This document shows, piece by piece, positions 28,221 to 42,358 of a stretch of DNA of 64,000 nt. Each line of letters starts with the position of its first letter. The first letter of the stretch is position 1. This DNA is from Octopus vulgaris. Its lineage: Eukaryota. Location of the stretch: positions 173,414,001-173,478,000 of the forward strand of contig OX597814.1 of the NCBI GenBank assembly GCA_951406725.2, written 5' to 3'. The position numbers were made by a program, and so were the translations under genes. The notes beneath the pieces were generated by a model that did not search any database, was not told where the DNA came from, and saw nothing but the letters and a program-made list of their open reading frames with translations.

Positions 28221-28804
28221 AGAAAGAGATAGATACGATGAGAAAGCTTTATCATCATGCTTGCTCACGTAACTTCGAGTAACATTTTAGGTCATTCTAG
28301 GCAGAAAAATAAGAACACTTATCATGGAAGTGAGCGACATAGTTCCGTGTAGGTCGTTCTGAAAGTAAAGTAGTAACTCCCGCCGTTTACCCGCGTTTGG
28401 TTGAATTTCTTCACTTTGACATTCAGCAGAAATCACATCGCGTCTTCGCGGCTCGGCTGGCTACACGATGTTTTGTCTTAATTAGTCAGTCAGATTCCTC
28501 TTGTCCGTATCAATTCCGAGTCGACCGTTCGCCGCCTACCGAACGCCTGCCGCGCGTGAGAGAGTATCGGAAGGATAAGAAGGTATTGCAAGGATCAGAA
28601 CGACAAGGCTTTGTGTGAACCTCTAGATGACTCGGCCTGAGTTTTGATTCGTCAGCATTTTATAACCCATCTGAGTTTCAAGAAAGTTTGACCAGGCTCT
28701 TTAGCGAAAGATTCCAGCTTAGTTGATCACACACCAGCCAGTCTAATTGACCGAGCCTTATACTAGGAGAGACTGAAAAAGCTAAAACTGTATTTCCTGG
28801 AACG

Positions 28805-29150
28805 AAGGCGGAAGAGGTATGCAGTGATATATGTGTGGAAGACACTGGAGGGGCTATCACCAAACTTTAGAATTCAGAGTTATACCAGACGTCGAATTGG
28901 ACGTCACTGCACTGTTCCAAAAGTCTCAGCTGTCTCATCTAAGTTGAGGGTCATGTACTGCCATAGCTTAGGATCTGAGGGCCCACACCTTTTTAACGCC
29001 TTGCTAAAACATTTAAGGGATCTCCATGGAGTGGGGGCAGATGTTTTCAAGAAACAACTTGACTTCTTGCTATCCAAGATCCCAGATAAAGCAATGTCAA
29101 GGTAGGAAACTCAAAAGAGGGCAGCAATGTCGAACTCCCTCCTTCACCAA
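28805..29150 (+). mobile_element. CR1-group LINE ORF2 C-terminal fragment, diverged
   Basis: RRKRYAVIYVWKTLEGL.PNF.I...RIGRHCTVP...SLG.EGPHLFNAL.K.LRDLHGV.ADVFK is homologous to the end of the 17611 ORF. Confidence 0.85.
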
Positions 29151-29314
29151 AAGCCAATCACATATAATTGGCCAATTAAAAGGTGATTACACAGGTGGTG
29201 GGATAGAATAAGAGAACATATATATATACGTACATACATATTTACTTACATACTTACCTACGTATATAGGTCATGCATATGCATACACACACACACATAT
29301 ACACATATATACAC

Positions 29315-29400
<86 letters not shown>

Positions 29401-29646
29401 TTATATCGTTGCTATAATGTTAAACTGTCATATGTCCAAATTTGGCCCAATGCGTTTTTTTCAATATTTATTTTTGCTTGCAATAGCTCGCTTTTTTGGT
29501 CAAATTATCTCCAGCTGCTTCAGATGTCAAGATTTCAAAAATTGTCAAAATGTAATACAACGGTTTTGCTATGAAATGGCGAAATTATTTTTTACGTTTT
29601 CTGAAAAATAATGTTTTGGACTTACTACACTTTTGTATAATAGCAA

Positions 29647-29735
<89 letters not shown>

Positions 29736-29739
<4 letters not shown>

Positions 29740-30023
29740 CGCATATTTGCCATTTGAATATGGCTAACCCCTAAGGGTGTATGCTACTGTAGTTTGTAGC
29801 CCCAGGAAGATACCTCCTCCAGCTGGCTATAGACACACTTTATGTGCCCTATCACAAATACTGATAGGGCACAGAAAGTGTGTCTATAGCCAGCTGGAGG
29901 AGGTATCTTCCTGGGGCTACAAACTACATTAGCATACACCCTTAGGGGTTAGCCATATTCAAATGGCAAATATGCGTCACGATGTGTTACCGCTACTGTT
30001 TATAACTCGCTCTGAGATTTATC

Positions 30024-30026
<3 letters not shown>
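29736..30026. mobile_element. palindromic mini-element in (TA)n: 119-bp arms with a 7-nt loop plus a 46-bp tail
   Basis: 29736-29854 is the reverse complement of 29862-29980 (2 mismatches seen). Confidence 0.85.
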
Positions 30027-30083
<57 letters not shown>

Positions 30084-30459
30084 CACACACGGGTACACAC
30101 ACACACACGCAGAAACACACACAGACACATTAATGCAATGACTATGAGTCTATGTGTGAAGTATGGGTGGGTGTATCGGTAGCAAAATACAGTCTAAAAT
30201 AGACCATAGTCGGATGTTCAATCAATTTACTTAGTAAACCATTGACTTCAATCGTCTGCTCGTTTATTTCATTGTTTATTTTGCCTAAAAATCGTCGCCA
30301 AATAATGCAAAACACAAAGAACAGGAAATAAAAAAATACATGGAGTTTATTTTGATTTTAAACAGATAAACTTCAGCTTCTATAGAAATAAATAATATTA
30401 CTGTTGTTTGTTTGCTTGTTTTCTTTTCTTTCCTTTCGTTTACATTTAATTCTGTTGAA

Positions 30460-30526
<67 letters not shown>

Positions 30527-30792
30527 TATATATATATATATGTATATAAATACATACACACACATATATATGTATGTCTGAATATGTATATATGTATATA
30601 TAAATGTGTATATATATGTATGTATATATGTATGCATATATATATATATGCATGTATATATATATACATACATATATATATCGATATACATATGCATACA
30701 TATATATATGTACATGAATGTGTGTGTATATATATATAAGTATATGTATGTATGTTTGTATATAAATGTATATTTATGAATTTACATACATA

Positions 30793-30843
<51 letters not shown>

Positions 30844-30908
30844 GTGTGTGTGTGTATATATGTAGACATATTTAAACACACAAACACAATATATATATAT
30901 ATATATAC

Positions 30909-30967
<59 letters not shown>

Positions 30968-30990
30968 CACACACAATTATTAAACATACG

Positions 30991-31048
<58 letters not shown>

Positions 31049-33177
31049 CGTATATGTAATACGTATATCAGCTGCTTAAATCTCATCTTTATCAACATGT
31101 TCAATCAAATTTCGTTCATATAACGTCTATCACTGTTTCCTTAGTTTCTTTGTCAACGTTGTTGTTGTAGTTGTTGTTGTCATCGTTGTCGTCGTCGTTG
31201 CTAGTTCTCTTGCTGGCGTTGTTGTTCTTGTTTGTGTTAGATATTTCGTAGCTTTTCAGCTGTTATTACATAGTAAAAAAAAAATGTTCTTTATTGAAAA
31301 TGTTTTTTTCTCTGTACATTGTTGATGTTGTATGTACATACATTTTGTTGTTGCTTTTTTTTTTTTTAGATATTTCAATATTCTTTTTATTACAAATATT
31401 TTATATTTTCCTATTCTATTTTTTTATTTTCTATTTATGTCACTTTTATATATTCCATATTTTTATTTCTTTTCTTCCCCGCCAAAAAAAAAAGAAAAGT
31501 AATATTGAATGAAAAAAAAATGAGACATTGATTTCATTTTTATTTTTACATCAACGAAATAATATTTTCGGTCGCTTGATTTTCATGATTATGTAACAGA
31601 TAGATATGGAAAGATATTATCATTTCATAAATAGAAAGCGAAAACAGAACAGAAAGGAAAGAAAAAAAATGCAGAGACTTTCAGAATTAACAAATTTAAA
31701 AAGAGAGACTAAATTAAAAATAAACAAGAAATCTTATTTAACTTCCAAAAAAAAATCATCGGATATTATGAAGCTTATTAAATAAAGACTTCATCATCGT
31801 CGCCATCATCATCATCATCATCATCTTCATCATCATCATCATCATCATCGTCATCATCATCATCTTCATCATCACCACCAGCACCTCCACCATCATCATC
31901 ATTTCATTCCCTTTTGAAAGTGCTTTTGTCTGGCTTCGTTCATGAAATTTTTGCATCAATGAGAAATGTACGGATACATATAGGTATATACAATCATATA
32001 TACCTGTACACATATATACCTCCAAGCATTATATGTATATGTGTGTGTGTATTTTGTGTAAGTGTGTGTCTGTGTGTCTGTATCTGTGTGCTTATCTTAA
32101 TAAGCTATTGTTCTTATACATAACGATTTACATTACTGGCACTCCAAGTTGTAGGTGAATAAGGGGACTTCTTTTCAGAAACAGATCTGTAAGATCATCC
32201 CAGAAACAAATCTATAAGAAAATTCCTAATTATTTTTCAATGTACACTATAATATTATCACATTGTCTGCAAGATACACTTCTTAGACTTTCAAATAAAT
32301 AAAATAGATAGCTGTAGCATTTGTCTCATGTGATACGTTTTAAATTTCAAACTGAAGCCGAGGAGGCCACAGCTCAATAAAGTACTCAGCGTGTTATTTA
32401 TGTTGAGTTACTATATTTTTATTAATGAAATAATCCCAGACAACGTTACAGTTGTTTCAATACACTAAATATTATATACGATGGGGGGGGGGGAAGATGT
32501 GAGGAAAGAAAGGCTGGAAGAAAAGAAAGAAAGAAAGAAAAGAAACGATAGAAAGAGGAGCAAAATTCATCGAGTTACAAAAAAATATCGATAAAGTACG
32601 AACAGATGAAATATCGTACGGAATATGGAAAATTCAAATTATAACGGTCTGTATCACATGATTGACAGACACTGAAGAAACGAAGAAATGAAAAAAATAA
32701 TAATAGGTATTTCAGAAACTCTATATAAGAAGTAACAAAAATTATTTGTGATGGAAAGATATTAAACGTTGACTCATGTCAAATGTCTATAGTTAGATAT
32801 TGTACTCAAATTAAGCTAGAATATAAACAGCAAAAGCATTTAGGTGAAATGGTAAAGAAATAGTGGATGAGAGTATGTGTGTATGTGTTTGTGTATCCAC
32901 GTATGTATATGTGCATATACGCGTATGTATATATACATATGTATATGTATGTGTGTATATATATGAGTGTATATATATATATATGTGTGTGTGTATGTGT
33001 GTATATATATATATATATGAGTGTATGTATATATATATATATGTGTCTGTGTGTATGTGTGTATATATATATATATGAATGTGTATATATATATGTGTGT
33101 TTGTGTATGCATGTATGTATGCATGTATGTATATGTATGTATATGCGTAAGTATATATACAAATATATATGTATGTG

Positions 33178-33208
<31 letters not shown>

Positions 33209-33229
33209 ATATGTACGTATATTATAGAG

Positions 33230-33427
<198 letters not shown>

Positions 33428-33884
33428 TCGTTTATGCATATAGAAGTTAGAAGTGGAATAACCTATTCACTAGGGAAGAAGAGAAACAGTCATCATGTAT
33501 TGGTTGCAATGCCGTTGCTATCTTTGTTGCGTATCCGTACCCATGATACTAATCTCACTAAATCCACAGTTTAACTAACTGTATATAGATACCCGGCCCT
33601 CTCATCCTCGTAAGCTATTGCAGTATTGTTGAACTGAAGTGATTAGTTGGACTTATCTGCGTGCCTAACTCCCACAACGATCTTCTGACAAGCCAGCTCG
33701 CCCTAGAAACACTTCTCAAAAGTGGGTCTTCAGAGTATTCTTCTACTCCGGTCATGCGGTTATGGAACGAATTATTCATACACACACACGCACACATGCG
33801 CATATATGTGTGTGCGTGTATACACACACACACACACACATGCGCATATATGCGTGTGTATATATATATATACATATATATGCA

Positions 33885-33942
<58 letters not shown>

Positions 33943-34565
33943 TATGCGTGTGTGAATGTGTGTGTGTGTGTGTGTGTGCAGGTATTGGGTCAGCCCACAT
34001 AAATTAACTATGTTAGAGTACATTTTTTTCTGTTATTTTTATTCATGGTAATCAACGTCACGTGAAATTGTATTACGTATATAATTGGAACAGGGTTACA
34101 AAATATTCAGTTCAGTGTTAACTGAAAGCTAGATAATGTATGTTTGCGTTTACACTGGTTTGAAAATGGTATTGATATTTATGTTGTAGCTATTTATGTC
34201 CTCTAACCTAGCACTGAGAGAAATAAAGATCACTGAAGTAATTAAGAGAAGCGTAAAGATGTACTGAAGTCGATGTGAATCGTTAAAACGAATGAAATAG
34301 TTCAAAAGCAAAAGGATTTTAAAAAGAAATTACAAGTATATATAAATTATGTTTAGAAAATTGCAAATCAATAAGTTTAATGTGTGTATATAGATATATG
34401 TGTATATGTACGTGTATAATTATACATATACATATGTTGTTTGTTGGCATCCTTTTTGTCTCGGGATATGTATATACACACATATATATGTATATGCATG
34501 CGTACATATATATATATATATATATATATGTACGCATGCATATACATATATATATGTACGCATGC

Positions 34566-34610
<45 letters not shown>

Positions 34611-34772
34611 TGTGTGTGTAGATTTATATGCATATACATATATATAACAAAGATTTAGATTCAGATGAGTATGGTACTTAAGTTGAAACACCAGAACTTA
34701 GTACTGTATTATCCATACAATTTCAAAGTAAGGTGATCAAAATCAAAATAAGCAACAAGGATATCCAGAGGT

Positions 34773-34863
34773 AATGCAGTACGATCGTTTCATGCAACTC
34801 AATTTAATTGAACAATGCAATCATTACATCAATTTAAAATGTGGAGCAATCTTCAGCTGCATT
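34773..34863 (-). ncRNA. type I hammerhead ribozyme motif
   Basis: Minus strand AATGCAG-CTGAAGA-T-TGC...GCA-T-GAAA-C-GATC-G-TA-CTGCATT: 7-bp helix I, palindromic helix III, GUA site. Confidence 0.75.
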
Positions 34864-34922
34864 GTTCAATTAAATGGAGTTGCATGAAACGATTGCACTG
34901 CATATGCATATACATATGTATA

Positions 34923-35035
<113 letters not shown>

Positions 35036-35100
35036 GTGTATATGTGTGTGCGCTTATATATATACATATATATATGTGTATATGCACACATAGATATATA

Positions 35101-35256
35101 CACTCAATTCTCTTTTTGCACGGGAGATATGTCCAGAGACCACCATGCAAAATAAAACTGTGTAAAAAATAGTGTACATATGAAAATTATGGATAGCTTC
35201 CATCCAGATATATTTAATAAAAAACTATTAATTTTCACATACCAATAAATTGAATT

Positions 35257-35304
<48 letters not shown>

Positions 35305-37624
35305 TGTGTGTCTGTGTGTCTGTGTGTGTGTCTGTGTGTCTGTGTGTGCGTGTGTGTGTGTACACATAATCGTTCGGTCATTCATTGTCACTACTAGACA
35401 TAAAACGTGCCCGCTTTCTGTTGTTGTTTTTAGGTGGTGCAAAATCACTCTCGTCACTGGAAATACTGAATGGTGATACATCTTCATGTGTATCTTGAAT
35501 AAAATTATCATCTTGTGTTTCTTTTGTTTCACTGGTTTTGTATATGAATCCGGTTATCAGATGTTGTGATTTTATTCTTGTTAGTTCTTTATATGATTTT
35601 TCATAACATGCCATAATCATTTTCAAATCACGTTGTAATTACACAGCTCGTTCGACATTGCTATCATTTGTAAGAAAATGATTTCCAAGTTTATTGGCTA
35701 TTTAGAGACCTTTTAGAATTGTACATGTAGATAGTGGAACCATTTTTTCATCATCACTACTATAAACTAAACATGGAATCATATACATTCTCTGAAATAC
35801 TCTCTATAATTTGTTCTTCATTAGGATCTTCGTCAATCGTTAATTCTGTAATATCTTCAATTGTTAATTCTTCAAAGCCTTCTCTGCCAATCTGATGTGA
35901 CAAAGTGATAATATCAGAATGTAATTCGTTCGTATTTATATTAGATACGAGATTTTTAGGCTTTACACATTCTGGCCAAAGTGATCTCCAACATGCATTT
36001 AGGGTGAATGGCTTTAATTTGGATAAAACCAGGGCAGCATATTTAACACATTAATTATAGTCAATTTTTTCCATGCTTGAATGATTAAAAGTGTACCATC
36101 TTTTTGTAATTCGTCTATAATATATTCAAACTTTCGCTAGATATAATCTGATTTGAATTTTGAAATTATACCCTGATCAAGCGGTTGAATCAGCGATATT
36201 GTATTAGGTGGCAACAATACTTTTCATTCGAGTGTTCCAGATATTGATAACCGGGTGCATTGTTTATAAGTAAAAGGACTTTAAAATGAAGACCTTTAGC
36301 TTCCATATACCATTTTACTTCAGGAACGAAGCAATTGTTAAATCATTCTGCTGTCATCCATGATGTTTTATTGGCTCTCTAATGAACTGGTAATTTACTT
36401 AAGTCTACGCCTTTCATTGCACGCAAACGAAATGATCGAATAATTAATAACGGTTTTAACAAACAATCTCCTGAAGCGTTGCTACATAAGAAAGTTTCGC
36501 GGTGTTTAGCTGTCTTAAAACCGCAGGCACTTTTCTCTGATTTTGCTATAGACGTTCTGTTTGGCATTTTTTTCCAAAAGAGACCAGTTTCATCTGCGTT
36601 GAAAACTTGACCCGAAATGTAACCGCCTTCTTCAATTATTTGGGCTAGTTTTGGAAGAAATTCTTCAGCAACAGGTTTATCTACCAATGAAATTTCACCT
36701 CTCAATTTTATATTATGCAGTGCGTGTCTTTCAAGGAATTTTGTAAGAGATCCCGTACTTGCAGCAAATTCATTCTTCTTTTGTCACATGACAGTTGTAG
36801 CGCACTTGATTACTCCAGATCATTAATCTTCTTGTAAAATTGTAATGCCATCTGTTTTATGGTTTTACCATCTACTGGTATCCTTTGTTGATTGTTTTCT
36901 TCTAACTATACTATTTAAAGCTTTCTCCTTTTTTTCTTGAATCATGTCTCTTGTATATGACAACGACTTGGCAGATAATTTTGTTGCAGAAGCTACAGAT
37001 CTTCTAATGGTAACACAATTCCTTTTGATCGTTCTTATCGTAGCTTCGTTCAGGCAGTAAGCTCTACTCAAGGACGCTGCACTTTCGCCCTCACGAAGAC
37101 GATCCAAAATATTGATCTTGGTCTCCAAAGAAATTGATGCTCTTTTATTTTTCTTAGATGTATCAACCGATATTTTGAGGTAGGTTATCACTATCACGAT
37201 GGCAAATAAAAAATATAGTAGAGGATGAAACTTGCGACACGTCTTTCGTATTACACCCGATGCTAACGACTGCTCCCGCGCGCCGTCTGATGGAGCGGTT
37301 ACACGCAGCCAGAGGTATGTACAGTGTATAGGTCCTGCCCACACCGGATAGTGGAGGATCACTATACCGAAAATATAGATTGGATTCTATTTTACTTCGC
37401 TAAATTGTTACTTAATCATGTTACGGAGAATTTCAGCGTTTTATAAATTATAATCGATTGATGTTACTTAATTGTTTACTTGCTACTTGCAATAAATTCG
37501 TTGGTCACACAAGGACAGATGTTTAAACCGTGTTAAAGTAAAAAAAAAAAATAGTGCAAAAAAATAATCGGTTCTTTTTGTTGGACCGTGTTATTTCAAA
37601 ACCATGCAAAAAGTGAACTGAGTG
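35101..37624 (-). mobile_element. Tigger/pogo DNA transposon, near full length, with a pseudogenised transposase
   Basis: TIRs CACTCAATTCTCTTTTTGCACGG and CCATGCAAAAAGTGAACTGAGTG. HTH-psq (KRASISLETKINILDRL..LSRAYCLNEATIRTI) and DDE_1 motifs (QVFNADETGLFWKKMP, LLINNAP, IQPLDQGII), with frameshifts and stops. Confidence 0.9.
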
Positions 37625-38154
37625 TGTATAGATACAAATACCTATCTCGTTGCTCCCACGTGACTATCGGGCATCTTTCTTTCTACTCCTAACTTGTGAT
37701 TCTTTCTTTCCTTCTGATTCAGCTGGAGGGATCAGACGCATTCTTGTCTGTCTCCTGTCCAAGCTTTCTCCTCCGCGTTCGGCACCTCACCTCGTTAAGG
37801 CCTAGCAGCTCTTCCTGTTTGTTTTCACAGTCTTACTTTTGTTACCAATTTAATTTGCTTTGCGGGGACAACTGTTTCGTCGAAGGCGTTTCTTGTTGGA
37901 AATTGCTCGAAATACGGATTAGAAAAACAGCCGACAACTGATGAAGGGTCGTTCTTTATGTTGCTTGTTTTGTTTTCCATTTGTTTGTTTCTTTCGTTAT
38001 TCGCAAAAAATGTTCATATTCCATGTATTCGTATTGCATTCGTATTTCATGTTTTCATATTTTATGTTGTTTACGTTCTTTGTCCTCCTGTGCCCACATA
38101 TTACATATGTATATATATATATATAAGTATGTACATATTCATATGTATGTATGT

Positions 38155-38185
<31 letters not shown>

Positions 38186-38232
38186 TATTATATATGTATG
38201 TATATGCACACTTACATATATAGAAACATATA

Positions 38233-38296
<64 letters not shown>

Positions 38297-38324
38297 TATA
38301 TATATTCTCCTAACTTGTGTATAG

Positions 38325-38566
38325 TCATTTGACTACACCATGCTGGAGCACCATGTCCAAATGTTTTTAGTCGAACTAATCAAACCCCGAGCGACTTATT
38401 TTTAAAGCCTAGTACTTATTTTATCTGTTTCTTTTGGTGAACGGTTGTCATGAATGAACAAACAACATGATGGGGCCGGCTCAAACACAGAACTGTTCAA
38501 GACATACATGCATACATGCATATACGACAACGTGCTTCTTCGGAGTTTCCATCTGCCAAATCCACT
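38325..38566 (-). mobile_element. SINE family A, degenerate or chimeric partial copy
   Basis: CAGTCATTTGACT..CCATGCTGGAGCACC-like tail and CCAAATCCAC motif. Confidence 0.65.
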
Positions 38567-38614
<48 letters not shown>

Positions 38615-38732
38615 GAGGCATTATTACATAAATGTCGCACGCTAGGAGGGATTCTTAAAGTCATAACTACCAAATATAAACAAATCTTACCGAATGCAAA
38701 TCTCGAAGCGAGTCATTTAAAAACAGAATTTA

Positions 38733-38796
38733 GCTCCAGATCACCTGTGATTTCGCAATCAACGCAGTATCCGCGTCCCTTGCTCTTCAGTGAAGC
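38733..38796 (-). ncRNA. canonical type I hammerhead ribozyme
   Basis: GCTTCA-CTGAAGA-GCAA..TTGC-GAAA-TCAC-AG-GTGA-TC-TGGAGC; all core nucleotides and three helices are present. Confidence 0.85.
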
Positions 38797-39106
38797 GAAC
38801 TCAAGATATATCATGAATGAACAAAATCAACATACCAGATAGACAACCGTCGCCTCCATCGTAGCATATGGAACTGTTCACCCCTCATACATCTATGTAA
38901 ATGGCGGGCTTTTTCGAATTGCATTTCGGTAACAACGTGCTTCTTCGGAACAAATTTAAAAAATAGAATAAAATCTTAATAAGAAATTGTCAAGCCCGCC
39001 ATTTACATAGATGTATGAGGGGTGAACAGTTCTATAAGCTACGATGGAGGCGACGGTTGTCTATCTGGTATGTTGATTTTGTTCATTCTTGATATATCTT
39101 GAGTTC

Positions 39107-39170
39107 GCTTCTCTGAAGAGCAAGGGACGCGGATACTGCGTTGATTGCGAAATCACAGGTGATCTGGAGC
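39107..39170 (+). ncRNA. canonical type I hammerhead ribozyme (mirror copy)
   Basis: GCTTCT-CTGAAGA-GCAA..TTGC-GAAA-TCAC-AG-GTGA-TC-TGGAGC; predicted cleavage after C39164; one mismatch at the base of helix I. Confidence 0.8.
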
Positions 39171-39406
39171 TAAATTCTGTTTTTAAATGACTCGCTTCGA
39201 GAATTGCAATTCGGTACGATTTGTTTATATTTGGTAGTTATGACTTTAAAAGTCCCTCCTAGCGTGCGGCATTTATGTGTAATAATGCCCTCTATATAAT
39301 ATAAATAAATATTTTCAAGTGAAAAAATTTACAGATTTTTTCTCTTATGAGGTTTTTCACGCTAACTACTTGATAATTTCTTTATTAAGATTTTATCCCA
39401 TTTTTT

Positions 39407-39463
<57 letters not shown>

Positions 39464-39519
39464 TATATATATATATTACTATAAATATATAAAGATATGT
39501 ATATAAATATATAAAGATA

Positions 39520-39555
<36 letters not shown>

Positions 39556-40109
39556 TGTATATGTGCGCCCGTGTTTATGCATGTGTAACTTACGGTTAGC
39601 TGAAACCGCGGTTTGGTTTGGATTATGGATGTCCAAACGGAAAACAACTTACCCTAATACCGATTTCATGCCCAGACACACCATCATTAATTTCGGCGCA
39701 TGGGCATAGTCTATTCAATCGACACCAGTATTTCAATGGTATTAATTTATTCGGCTCCAGCGTTAAGGTTTGAACTAAGAATGTCAAGGCATGTATCTAA
39801 ATACTGCAAGTCATGTTATCTGACGCGTTACTAATTCTGCCCTTCCATCGTCCTAATAATAACGTCCTTGACAAATGTATGTGCGTCAAACCTTCCCACT
39901 TGCCACTCCTAAACAAAAACAAAAATAAAAATAAAATAAAAATAGAGAAAAAAAAACTACATGGTCATGTGTTACATGAAAAGAAATCGAAATTATCGAT
40001 TTTATGGTTATTGCTGCAAGTAAAACGTTGTAACATTTTATGCAGTTCAAAATAACGGTCTAATTGGTAAAAGAATTTATGATTTTAGTAACTAAATTCC
40101 GTTTCACGT

Positions 40110-40186
40110 CATTATTATTAATATTATTACCATCATCATCATCATCATAATCATCATCATCATCAACCTCATCATCATCGTCAACG

Positions 40187-40241
<55 letters not shown>

Positions 40242-40288
40242 CATTATTATAATCATCATCATCGTCGTCGTCGTAATTATTATTATTA

Positions 40289-40380
<92 letters not shown>

Positions 40381-40385
40381 TTATA
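40110..40385. repeat. (CAT)/(TAT)n microsatellite
   Basis: Direct reading. Confidence 0.95.
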
Positions 40386-40771
40386 TTTTTTTTTTATTTT
40401 GCAATTATTGTTGTTATTCTTGTTATAAAAGGCGAGAATTCTTTTCCAGAGCTCATTAAGTTACATTAAAGTCGATTACAACTCCTATGGAGTTTTCTTT
40501 ATCATGCGTAGAAAAACAGCGGATGAAAAATCTTCATCCAAGCTTGTAATCAAAGATAACGTGATGAAAGGAATCCTTCGCTTCAATTGGCCAATGATTT
40601 ATGTATTCTCCGTGTGACATTTAGGATTTCCCTCATTCCCATCGTAGAAAAACATGCAGGATTTTAATCCAAAAATTTTTAAAGGCAAGTATTAATTAGA
40701 AACTTCCTTCTCAAAAGTTCGTTAATGTAATACAAAATTTATCTAGCAATCCATCTCACACCGTGTGCCTT

Positions 40772-40937
<166 letters not shown>

Positions 40938-41592
40938 TATATTTAAGTGTAAATAATAAAATATATATATATATGTGTGTGTGTGTATGTATGTATGTAT
41001 GTCCATGATCGAGAGTGTGCGCGTTTGCAATGATGTAACTACGTGGAAGACGTGCAAGTGTGTTAGAGTATGTATGTACGAGTCTCGGGATGTGTTGGCA
41101 TGTGCAATCTAGTATAAGTCTATATGTGTGTGTATTTACGTGTAAATGTATGTGTGTGAGTGTAAATGAGTCTCTGTGTCTGCGTGTGTGCATGTGTGTG
41201 TATGTATGTGTGTTTGCGTTAATGAGAGGAAATACAATAAGGTGTTGGTGAAAATTCCATTAAGCTGCATTCTTTTGATTCCATATACTTTCAGTGACTT
41301 TATCATAGGTAGGTCAATGTCTTCAAATATCAAAAACTTCAAGAACGAAAAAAATAACGCAGCAAAGATGATTAATTTTATGCTGCAAGGAAGAAACAGA
41401 GATGAATCCAACGTTTCAAACGAGGAAGTATAAAGTGCAAAAAGTCTCTTAAAACCATTGGTTCACAATGAAGGCATATTGGGGAAATGAATAATGGAAG
41501 AGCGAAGAGTAAAATGATGTTTTACAACTGAACGAATACGTTTCAGTCAAAGATGGAGTGCGATGATGTATAAAGTAGTGCATGATTTAGGG

Positions 41593-41660
<68 letters not shown>

Positions 41661-41815
41661 GGATGGGTGGTTAAGAAGCTCGCTTTGCAACCATGTAGTT
41701 CAGGGTTCAGTCCTACTGTTTGGCAACTTGGGCAAGTGTCTTCAGCTATAGCCCCGGGCCAACCAATGCCTTGTGAGCGACTTTAGTAGAGAGAAACCAT
41801 GTAGAAGCTCGTAAT
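41661..41815 (+). mobile_element. SINE family A, 5' half
   Basis: GGTGGTTAAG..GGGTTCAGTCC..CTTGGGCAAGTGTCTTC. Confidence 0.75.
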
Positions 41816-41821
41816 ATATAC

Positions 41822-41871
<50 letters not shown>

Positions 41872-42136
41872 TATACTACTAATATAGGATGAAGTTTTTT
41901 TACAGAAAAAAATTCCATCAAAAAATGTGGCAGCATATTAAAATACCTTTAAGGTTAAAATTATAAACAACTTATAAATAAGGGCTAAAGAAAATTATTT
42001 CTATGCCAATATGCTGTTAACAGACTTTTAAATCGTCAATTTCCGCATATTTACTCGCTACAGAAAAACACGTAGAGCTGAAATCGAGGGAAGCTGGCCG
42101 ATAGAATTTTTTTAAAAGTTCATTATTTCTATATTG

Positions 42137-42204
<68 letters not shown>

Positions 42205-42287
42205 TATATTATATTATATTATATTATACTATATTATATTATATTATATTATATTATTATATTATATATATATTAATCTAAGGTGTA

Positions 42288-42358
42288 CCTGCTGAAGAAG
42301 TCTTCGCCTAGCAAATGATTTTATTTGATAAAAAAAAGTCTGAAACCATTGGTCCAGG
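42288..42358 (+). ncRNA. type I hammerhead ribozyme motif within a (TA)n-flanked element (~42272-42695)
   Basis: CCTG-CTGAAGA-AGTCTT..AAGTCT-GAAA-CCATTGG-TC-CAGG; GUC site. Confidence 0.75.

Larger units (their letters stand above)
38608..39410. mobile_element. large palindromic mini-element in (TA)n: ~300-bp arms, ~80-bp spacer and a tail, with a hammerhead in each arm
   Basis: 38608-38911 is the near-perfect reverse complement of 38992-39300. Confidence 0.9.

Noticed and set aside
37870-37960. CTCGAAAT and CTGATGAAGG motifs resembling a pLTR hammerhead
   Set aside because: The order and pairing do not give a complete fold; at most a decayed pLTR
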